A stretch of DNA of 50,262 nt, taken from positions 1 through 50,262 of IMG/VR virus record IMGVR_UViG_3300009181_000109. One strand, 5' to 3'. A program made the position numbers and the translations under genes. The notes under the pieces are model-generated. The model did no database searches and had not been told where the DNA came from. It was given only the letters and a program-made list of their open reading frames with translations. This DNA is from a virus (lineage: Duplodnaviria > Caudoviricetes). Position 1 is the first letter of the stretch. Each line of letters opens with the position of its first letter. Below are positions 43,177 to 50,262 of this stretch, one piece after another.

Positions 43177-43475
43177 GTGCATGAGGTGCGTGTAAACGTA
43201 GGTTAGCCGTCCCCCACCGCCCCCCGACCCCCACTTGGCACGATGCGACACCCTTCCGCCTATTACGCTCGAATCCACACAAACGATTACGTTCCACATA
43301 GGAAACACCCCCCCCTTCATTTCCAAATCGTCCACCCCCACCCCTATATATATTTTTAATTTACCCCTTGCGAACGTTCGCATATGCGTTTAAACTCACA
43401 TTGTCTTGGACACGCAGACGTTAAAGAGAGGTGGGCCTTGGTGGAATCCCTAGGACTTATATAAAGGAGATCATC

Positions 43476-43694
43476 ATGGACATCACTGTTTACACGAAAC
43501 CCGGTTGTGAAGATTGTTTAAACGTCAAGAACTTGATTGGGTCGTTAGACCCTAAGTTCTTGGAATATGACATCACGCAGGACAATGATGCTAGGTTGTG
43601 GCTTAAGTACAACCATTCTGAGGAAGTGCCTCAGGTTTTTATTGATGATGTCCATGTAGGTGGATTGACGGAGCTTAAAAGTTATTTGGCATGA
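43476..43694 (+). CDS. Glutaredoxin-like protein
   Basis: VYTKPGCEDC, VPQVFID..HVGG; AAGGAG RBS. Confidence 0.85.
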   Translation: MDITVYTKPGCEDCLNVKNLIGSLDPKFLEYDITQDNDARLWLKYNHSEEVPQVFIDDVHVGGLTELKSYLA

Positions 43695-43921
43695 CCAAGC
43701 ATCGCCAATTAGTTTTGGAGTTCATACGTGCCTACATTAGGTTACACGGAGTTCCTCCGTCTTATGAAGTTATTGCCAAAGGAATAGGATTGAGTTCTAA
43801 GTCAAATGTCCACAGGATTGTCCATCGTTTAAAGGAAGACGGTCACCTGACCGTCCGTCCTTATAAGTTTTGTTCTATTAAGCTGGTCGATACAAGCGTA
43901 CGTGAAGTGGTACGCCTATGA
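43691..43921 (+). CDS. LexA-type N-terminal DNA-binding domain only
   Basis: VLEFIR.YI..HGVPPSY..IAKGIGLSSKSNVHR.V.RL..DG.L; no peptidase domain. Confidence 0.85.
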   Translation: MTKHRQLVLEFIRAYIRLHGVPPSYEVIAKGIGLSSKSNVHRIVHRLKEDGHLTVRPYKFCSIKLVDTSVREVVRL

Positions 43922-45417
43922 GTCTCCTTACCCACACAGAGATACAGAACTACATGGCAATGGTTCCGGGGGCATCTAAGGAGAACCGTGCAAAGATCCA
44001 AGCTCTACTAGAGATGGACAAGGTTGAACGGAGTAAGGAGTCCTTTCTTTATTTCGTTACCCAGATGTGGCCTATCTTTATCTCTGGAGCGCATCACAAA
44101 GTGATGGCAGATGCTTTTGAGCGTGTAGCTAGGGGAGAGCTTAAGCGTCTTATTGTTAATATGCCTCCTAGGCATACCAAGTCTGAGTTTGCTTCTTTTC
44201 TTTTACCTGCGTGGTTTCTAGGAAAGTATCCTGAGAAGAAGATTATTCAGACTGCTCACACCGCAGAGCTTGCCACCGGCTTTGGAAGGAAGGTTAGGAA
44301 TCTTGTCTCTTCAGAACATTATCAGAAGGTGTTTTCTACAAAGCTGTCGAGCGATTCAAAGGCCGCTGGTCGCTGGAACACTAACGTGGGTGGTGATTAC
44401 TTTGCTATCGGTGTTGGCGGCGCTGTTACAGGTAAAGGCGCTGATCTCTTAATCATTGACGACCCCCATTCAGAGCAAGAAGCCAAGCAAGGCAACCCCG
44501 CAGTGTTTGATAATGTGTATGAATGGTACACATCTGGGCCTAGACAGCGTCTCCAGCCGGGTGGATCCATCATTATTGTGATGACTAGGTGGTCTAAGAG
44601 GGATTTGACAGGTCAAATCCTCAAGAATTCGGGCAAAGACGGCGTAGATCAGTGGGAAATCATTGATTTTCCGGCAATTATGCCCAATGGGAACCCTTTA
44701 TGGCCCGGATTCTGGTCAAAAGAGGCTCTAGAAGCCCTGAAATCAGAGCTTCCAGTCTCTAAATGGGAGGCTCAGTACCAACAGAACCCCACATCTGAAG
44801 AAGGTGCGATTGTAAAGAGAGAACATTGGCAGATTTGGGAGGAGAAACGTCCTCCTTCGTGTGAATACATCATCCAATCTTGGGATACCGCCTTTGAAAA
44901 AAACAATCGGGCCGACTATTCAGCTTGCACAACATGGGGTGTCTTCCAACACCCCAATAAATCTGGTGATTTAAAGCCAAACATCATCCTTCTGGACGCA
45001 ATGAAGGAGCGCATGGAGTTTCCTGAACTCAAACGCAGAGCTTTAGATCTATACAAAGAGTTTGAACCAGACACGTTGATCATTGAGAAGAGAGCGGCTG
45101 GCGCTCCTTTGATCTACGAGATGCGGAAGATGGGAATTCCTATCGCAGAGTATACGCCGGGGAAAGGAAACGATAAGATATCGCGTGTAAACGCAATCTC
45201 TGCTTTGTTTGAGTCCGGCATGGTCTGGTGTCCCGATACCCGATGGGCAGAAGAAGTCATGGATGAGATGGCTTCCTTCCCCAACGGAGATCATGATGAC
45301 CTCGTGGACTCAAGCAGTCAAGCTTTGATGCGGTTTCGACTGGGGGGCTTTATATCCATCGACTCAGATGAAGAAGATGAGCCTATTAACTACCGCAGAA
45401 AAGTAGCCTACTACTAA
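43918..45417 (+). CDS. terL: Terminase large subunit
   Basis: NMPPRHTKSE, LIIDDP, MTRW, QSWDTA, FPNGDHDDLVD. Confidence 0.95.
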   Translation: MSLLTHTEIQNYMAMVPGASKENRAKIQALLEMDKVERSKESFLYFVTQMWPIFISGAHHKVMADAFERVARGELKRLIVNMPPRHTKSEFASFLLPAWFLGKYPEKKIIQTAHTAELATGFGRKVRNLVSSEHYQKVFSTKLSSDSKAAGRWNTNVGGDYFAIGVGGAVTGKGADLLIIDDPHSEQEAKQGNPAVFDNVYEWYTSGPRQRLQPGGSIIIVMTRWSKRDLTGQILKNSGKDGVDQWEIIDFPAIMPNGNPLWPGFWSKEALEALKSELPVSKWEAQYQQNPTSEEGAIVKREHWQIWEEKRPPSCEYIIQSWDTAFEKNNRADYSACTTWGVFQHPNKSGDLKPNIILLDAMKERMEFPELKRRALDLYKEFEPDTLIIEKRAAGAPLIYEMRKMGIPIAEYTPGKGNDKISRVNAISALFESGMVWCPDTRWAEEVMDEMASFPNGDHDDLVDSSSQALMRFRLGGFISIDSDEEDEPINYRRKVAYY

Positions 45418-45425
45418 GGAACATT

Positions 45426-47912
45426 ATGAGTATTGAACAATCATTGAGCCAAGCCCCAATGGGTTTAAACGACCTAGAGCTTGACAACACACCAGTCCTT
45501 GAGATTGAGATTGAGAATCCAGAAGGGGTGCGTTTAAACATGGACGGCATGGAGATAGATCTCATGCCAGATGAGGAAGAAGGCTTTGGGGACAACCTTG
45601 CCGAATACATGGACAAAGGTGAGTTGGAGAAGATTGCCAGCGACTTGATTGAAATGGTGGACTCAGATATTAATTCCAGAAAAGACTGGGTTGATATGTA
45701 TGTCAAAGGCCTAGATGTTTTGGGAATGAAATATGAAGAGAGAACGGAGCCTTGGCTCGGTGCTTGTGGTGTCTTTTCCACCGTACTCACCGAAGCGGCA
45801 GTTAGGTTTCAAAGTGAGACTATTATTGAAACTTTTCCAGCGCAAGGGCCGGTTAAAACAGAAATTATCGGCGCAATTGATCGTCTTAAAGAGGAGGCGG
45901 CGGAGCGTGTCAAAGATGACATGAACTACAAGCTCACGGAAGGTATGCCTGAGTACCGTCCTGAGCATGAAAGAATGCTCTACTCCCTAGGTTTGGCCGG
46001 AGCGGCTTTCAAGAAAGTCTACTACGACCCCTCTATGGGCCGTCAGGCATCCATCTTTATCCCTGCTGAAGATGTGATCATCCCTTACGGTGCTTCCAGC
46101 GCCATGACATCCGAGCGTGTTACGCACATCATGCGTAAGACCAAGAATGACATCCGCAAGCTTCAAGTCTCGGGTTTCTATGTAGATGAGGATCTTGGCG
46201 ATCCCCTCCAGTTTTACACTGACGTTGAGAAGAAGAAGGCTGAAGATCAAGGCTACAACCTCTCAGATGATGACCGCTACCAGATCTATGAGATCCACGT
46301 AGACTACGACTTACCGGGTTATGAAGATGAAGACGGGATTGCTCTTCCCTACGTCGTTACCTTAGAGCGTGGGACTACAAAAATTCTTGCTATCCGCCGT
46401 AACTGGGATGAGGATGATGAGCACCGTTTAAAGCGCCAGCATTTTGTCCAGTACACCTACGTACCGGGATTTGGTGCTTATGGCCTTGGATTAATCCATT
46501 TGATCGGTGGATACGCCCGTGCAGGCACATCCTTAATCCGTCAGTTGGTAGACGCAGGTACTCTGTCTAATCTGCCCGGTGGATTAAAAACCCGTGGACT
46601 GAGGATCAAAGACGACGACACCCCAATCAATCCCGGTGAGTTTAGGGATGTGGACGTACCAAGCGGGTCAGTCAAAGAGAACATCATGGCCCTGCCATAC
46701 AAGGAACCCTCTCAGGTTCTATTGGCTCTCTTAAACCAGATCACAGACGAAGGTCGGAGACTTGGATCCATCGCAGATATGAACATCAGCGATATGTCTG
46801 CCAACGCCCCTGTAGGTACAACTCTGGCCCTGCTTGAGAGACAACTCAAAACAATGTCTGCGGTACAGGCTCGTGTTCATTACTCAATGAAACAAGAGTT
46901 TAAACTCCTCAAGTCAATCATCAGGGACTACACCCCAGAGTCTTATGAGTACACACCTGTTGCAGGAACGCCACAGGCTAAACGCTCTGATTACGACATG
47001 GTGGATGTGATACCCGTATCAGATCCTAACTCAGCCACGATGGCCCAAAGGATCATGCAGTATCAAGCTGTGATCCAGTTAGCTCAGGGTGCTCCTCAGA
47101 TCTATAACCTACCAGTCCTGCACCGCCAGATGATTGAAGTTCTAGGTATTAAGAACGCAGACAAGCTAGTACCTATAGACGATGACATGACCCCCAGAGA
47201 TCCTATCTCCGAGAACATGGCATTCCTTACAGGTAAACCTACAAAGGCTTTCATCTATCAGGATCATGATGCACACATAGCTGTACATACATCCATGATG
47301 CAAGATCCCATGGTTATGGGTCAGATGGGCCAGAACCCCATGGCTCAACAGATGCAGGCCGCAATCATGGCCCACGTAGCTGAACACATTGCCTTCCAGT
47401 ACCGTTCCAAGATTGAACAACGCCTTGGAGCGACTCTACCCAAACCAGACATTGAAATGCCTGAGGAGGTGGAAGTTCAGTTGTCCAAACTTGTGGCTCA
47501 AGCGGCGGCTCAGTTGCTTCAGATCAACAAGGGCCAAGCGGCTCAACAACAAGCCCAACAGCAGATGCAAGACCCCGTCATGCAGATGCAACAGGCAGAG
47601 CTTCAGATCAAGCAACAAGATGCTCAAACCAAAGCTCAAAAGGTTCAGGGAGAGCTTGCCATCAAGCAAGCAGAACTGCAACTCAAGGCTCAAGATATGG
47701 CATCTAAACAAGGCGAAGACCCTGCCATGGCCGCACAGCGCCAGCAACAGGAAATTGCCATGGAAGCAATGAGGCATCAAGCCGAATTGCGTCAGGCTGA
47801 ACAAACCCACCAGCAGTCTTTGTCTCACAACCAACAGACGCAGGATTTACAGGCTAAACAACAACTTCTTCAAATGCTTATTAACTCGAAAAACCAACCG
47901 AAAGGTGAATGA
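45426..47912 (+). CDS. Portal protein
   Basis: 828 aa after TerL; FKKVYYD, RQLVDAGTLSNLPGG, Gln-rich C-terminal barrel. Confidence 0.88.
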   Translation: MSIEQSLSQAPMGLNDLELDNTPVLEIEIENPEGVRLNMDGMEIDLMPDEEEGFGDNLAEYMDKGELEKIASDLIEMVDSDINSRKDWVDMYVKGLDVLGMKYEERTEPWLGACGVFSTVLTEAAVRFQSETIIETFPAQGPVKTEIIGAIDRLKEEAAERVKDDMNYKLTEGMPEYRPEHERMLYSLGLAGAAFKKVYYDPSMGRQASIFIPAEDVIIPYGASSAMTSERVTHIMRKTKNDIRKLQVSGFYVDEDLGDPLQFYTDVEKKKAEDQGYNLSDDDRYQIYEIHVDYDLPGYEDEDGIALPYVVTLERGTTKILAIRRNWDEDDEHRLKRQHFVQYTYVPGFGAYGLGLIHLIGGYARAGTSLIRQLVDAGTLSNLPGGLKTRGLRIKDDDTPINPGEFRDVDVPSGSVKENIMALPYKEPSQVLLALLNQITDEGRRLGSIADMNISDMSANAPVGTTLALLERQLKTMSAVQARVHYSMKQEFKLLKSIIRDYTPESYEYTPVAGTPQAKRSDYDMVDVIPVSDPNSATMAQRIMQYQAVIQLAQGAPQIYNLPVLHRQMIEVLGIKNADKLVPIDDDMTPRDPISENMAFLTGKPTKAFIYQDHDAHIAVHTSMMQDPMVMGQMGQNPMAQQMQAAIMAHVAEHIAFQYRSKIEQRLGATLPKPDIEMPEEVEVQLSKLVAQAAAQLLQINKGQAAQQQAQQQMQDPVMQMQQAELQIKQQDAQTKAQKVQGELAIKQAELQLKAQDMASKQGEDPAMAAQRQQQEIAMEAMRHQAELRQAEQTHQQSLSHNQQTQDLQAKQQLLQMLINSKNQPKGE

Positions 47913-48106
47913 TGAATCCTCTGCTTGAAAGTTTAAACAAGAAGCTTGATGAACACCTCAAGCAGTTGATTCAGATTGTCAGTGAGGGTGGTGCTAAATC
48001 CCACGATCACTACAAAGAACTGTGCGGCAATATCCGAGGTCTGCAAACCGCGCAGTATGAAATTGCTGACCTTGTGCGAAAAACGAAAGAGTATGAAGAT
48101 GACTGA
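47909..48106 (+). CDS. Small conserved head-module protein
   Basis: GAKSHDHYKELCGNIRGL pattern between portal and GroES-like gene. Confidence 0.7.
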   Translation: MMNPLLESLNKKLDEHLKQLIQIVSEGGAKSHDHYKELCGNIRGLQTAQYEIADLVRKTKEYEDD

Positions 48107-48503
48107 CTTTGATGTTAGTGCGGTGGATCTTAGTGGAGTGCTTAACACCTCCATCGAAGAGAAAGCCAAACAAGTGCCCGATCCGGCCACTTACCACCTC
48201 CTCTGTATGCTTCCCAAAGCAGAAGAAGAGTTTAGCGAAACAGGTATCCTTAAATCTGCAACTGCGATGTACCACGAGGAGCTTCTTTCCCCCGTGTTAT
48301 TTGTAGCCAAGATTGGCCCCGATGCGTTTGGAGATAAAGCCCGATTCCCTTCTGGCCCGTCCTGTAAGGTGGGAGACTTTGTGTTAGTACGTCCTAACAC
48401 GGGAACCCGCATGAAGATTCACGGTACGGAGTGGAGACTCATTAATGACGACTCAGTGCAGGCGGTAGTTCAAGACCCCCGTGGCATTCAACGTCCAACT
48501 TAA
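48099..48503 (+). CDS. GroES-like co-chaperonin
   Basis: TGI..., VAKIGPDAF, CKVGDFV....GTR.KI.G.E.RLINDD.V.AVV. Confidence 0.8.
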   Translation: MTDFDVSAVDLSGVLNTSIEEKAKQVPDPATYHLLCMLPKAEEEFSETGILKSATAMYHEELLSPVLFVAKIGPDAFGDKARFPSGPSCKVGDFVLVRPNTGTRMKIHGTEWRLINDDSVQAVVQDPRGIQRPT

Positions 48504-48512
48504 GGAGAAATC

Positions 48513-49460
48513 ATGGCTGAAATCGAAAAGACTGAATTTGAGTTCCCTGATGAAAAGGAAGAGAACCCCCGTAAGGGCGGTAAAGTTGTAGATGCTGAAC
48601 CAGAAATTGAGGTGGTAGACGATACCCCCGAAGATGACAAGTACAGAACGCCTATGGCTGAACCCCCGCAGGATCCCACAGATGAAGAGTTAGCAACCTA
48701 TTCAGAGAGTGTAAAGAATAGGTTTAAACACTTTACCAAGGGCTACCACGAGGAACGTAGGGCTAAGGAGTCTGCTCAACGAGAAAAAGATGAGGCAATT
48801 AGGTTTGCCCAGTCTATGGTTGAGGAGAACAAAAAGCTCAAAGGTTCTGTTAATCAGGGACAGACTGTTCTACTGGAGCAGGCTAAGAAAGTTATTACTG
48901 GCGAGATTGAAGAGGCCAAGCGCCTTTACAAGGAAGCCTACGAGTCTGGAGATGCAGATAAGCTGTTGGATGCTCAGGAAGCACTCACTACCGCTAGGAT
49001 CCGCGCAGATAAAGTAAATAATTTTAGGCCTGCCCCTTTACAGGAAGAAGAAACTCCTGTACAAATCACCCAACAGGCTCCACAGCCTGCACCCGTGGAC
49101 GAAAAACTATCTGCATGGCAAGACCAAAATCGATGGTTCGGTAGCAACAAACGGATGACTTCATACGCCCTAGGGTTGCATGAAGAGCTTGTGGAGAGTG
49201 GTGTACGGGTTGGCAGTGACGAATACTATAAACGTATAGACACTGACATCCGCGAAAGATTTCCCGACCAAATTGGAGTCGGGGAGTCCGTTGATGCGAA
49301 ACCTCAACGTACCAAATCCAATGTTGTTTCACCTGCAACCCGTAGTACAGCGCCTAAAAAGATCGTACTTACGCAGTCACAAGTGAATCTCGCCAAGCGG
49401 TTAGGACTGACAAATGAACAGTATGCCCGTGCGGTTGCAAATGAAATGAGGAAAATATAA
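48513..49460 (+). CDS. Scaffolding-like protein
   Basis: Acidic N-terminus, coiled coil, N.WFG, C-terminal LT..Q..LAKRLGL..EQYA. Confidence 0.7.
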   Translation: MAEIEKTEFEFPDEKEENPRKGGKVVDAEPEIEVVDDTPEDDKYRTPMAEPPQDPTDEELATYSESVKNRFKHFTKGYHEERRAKESAQREKDEAIRFAQSMVEENKKLKGSVNQGQTVLLEQAKKVITGEIEEAKRLYKEAYESGDADKLLDAQEALTTARIRADKVNNFRPAPLQEEETPVQITQQAPQPAPVDEKLSAWQDQNRWFGSNKRMTSYALGLHEELVESGVRVGSDEYYKRIDTDIRERFPDQIGVGESVDAKPQRTKSNVVSPATRSTAPKKIVLTQSQVNLAKRLGLTNEQYARAVANEMRKI

Positions 49461-49912
49461 TGGAAAAATCTGCTCGTACAGGCCGTGACCTGAGTACCCG
49501 CGAAGTTTCGGAGCGTCCAAAGCAATGGATGCCACCAAAACTACTACCTGATCCCAACCCGGAAGAAGGTTATGCGTTTCGCTGGATTCGGATTGCAGTG
49601 CAAGGAAAAGATGATGCCACGAACTATTCCTCAAAGCTTGCCGAGGGCTGGGAACCTGTTAAGGCTTCCGATCACCCCGAGATACGTCTGTTCAATGCCA
49701 CAACGGCAAAGTTCCCGGACAGTATCGAAGTGGGAGGTTTGTTGCTTTGCAAAACCCCAGTAGAGTTTACTGAACAGCGTGATGCTTACTACCGCCAACA
49801 AGCGGAAGCGCAAATGCAGTCAGTGGACAATACTTACATGCGAGAGAACGATCCGAGGATGCCTATGTTCAAAGAACGTAAGTCCACGGTCACTTTCGGT
49901 AAAGGTGTTTAA
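49460..49912 (+). CDS. Conserved head-module hypothetical protein
   Basis: GY.FRWIR, EGWEPV, VGGLLLCK. Confidence 0.7.
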   Translation: MEKSARTGRDLSTREVSERPKQWMPPKLLPDPNPEEGYAFRWIRIAVQGKDDATNYSSKLAEGWEPVKASDHPEIRLFNATTAKFPDSIEVGGLLLCKTPVEFTEQRDAYYRQQAEAQMQSVDNTYMRENDPRMPMFKERKSTVTFGKGV

Positions 49913-49929
49913 CTTTTTGGAGTCTATAG

Positions 49930-50262
49930 ATGGCATACCCTACCATTGATAAGACGTATGGTTTCAAGCCAGTCAATCGACTGGATGGTCTACCCTACGC
50001 CGGAGCGATCCGTCAAATCCCAATCGCGCCTTCCTACGCAACAGCGATCCTGAACGGTGATACCGTTAAAGTGGATACTAATGGCTACATTGTCGCCGCT
50101 AGTACTACTGACTCAGGTAACATTGTTGGTGTGTTGGTTGGATGTAACTACATCAACTCGTTGAGTCAACCTACTTTTAGCCAGTACTACCCAGCCTCAG
50201 TTTCAACTTCAACAGCTATGGCTTTTGCCTTTGTTGTGGATGATCCTAGTGCTGTGTTCAAA
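49930..50262 (+). CDS. Capsid-associated (decoration/cement-like) protein, 3'-partial (not in ORF track)
   Basis: GGAG RBS; open to window end: MAYPTIDKTYGFKPV...GVLVGC...VVDDP. Confidence 0.7.
   Translation, partial: MAYPTIDKTYGFKPVNRLDGLPYAGAIRQIPIAPSYATAILNGDTVKVDTNGYIVAASTTDSGNIVGVLVGCNYINSLSQPTFSQYYPASVSTSTAMAFAFVVDDPSAVFK

Larger units (their letters stand above)
4688..48729. repeat. Dispersed, highly iterated palindrome GTTTAAAC (at least 44 copies)
   Basis: Manual count of exact matches; positions listed in findings. Confidence 0.9.

Overview
About 50 kb of a tailed dsDNA phage genome, most likely a podovirus-like aquatic phage; a betaproteobacterial host is a guess. The window is circularly permuted or partial: it starts inside a tail-fibre gene and ends inside a capsid-associated gene. 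Layout: tail fibre, chaperone and lysis genes (1-4.7 kb); tail tube/nozzle and ejection proteins (4.7-12.9 kb); a 3640-aa polyvalent protein (12.9-23.8 kb); a minus-strand recombination/regulatory operon (23.8-30.1 kb); RusA, a small-RNA-rich interval and a T7-gp4-like primase-helicase (30.1-34.7 kb); a minus-strand early operon with MoxR-type AAA and VWA genes (34.9-41.8 kb); a control region with a DnaA-box cluster (42.3-42.4 kb); then TerS, glutaredoxin, LexA-like, TerL, portal, GroES-like and scaffold genes. I saw no integrase, DNA or RNA polymerase, CRISPR array or tRNA. The most unusual signals are: (1) the palindrome GTTTAAAC occurs at least 44 times genome-wide where roughly 1 is expected; (2) the giant protein is an array of effector modules separated by [KR][FYL]SLR linkers, with two RBS-bearing small genes overprinted in the +1 frame at module junctions (possible built-in immunity genes); (3) five perfect DnaA boxes in about 130 bp; (4) four covarying RNA hairpin elements ahead of the earliest genes; (5) a candidate anti-Shine-Dalgarno small RNA with matching phage targets. 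Counts and pairings were done by eye, and protein calls rest on motif recognition, not database searches.
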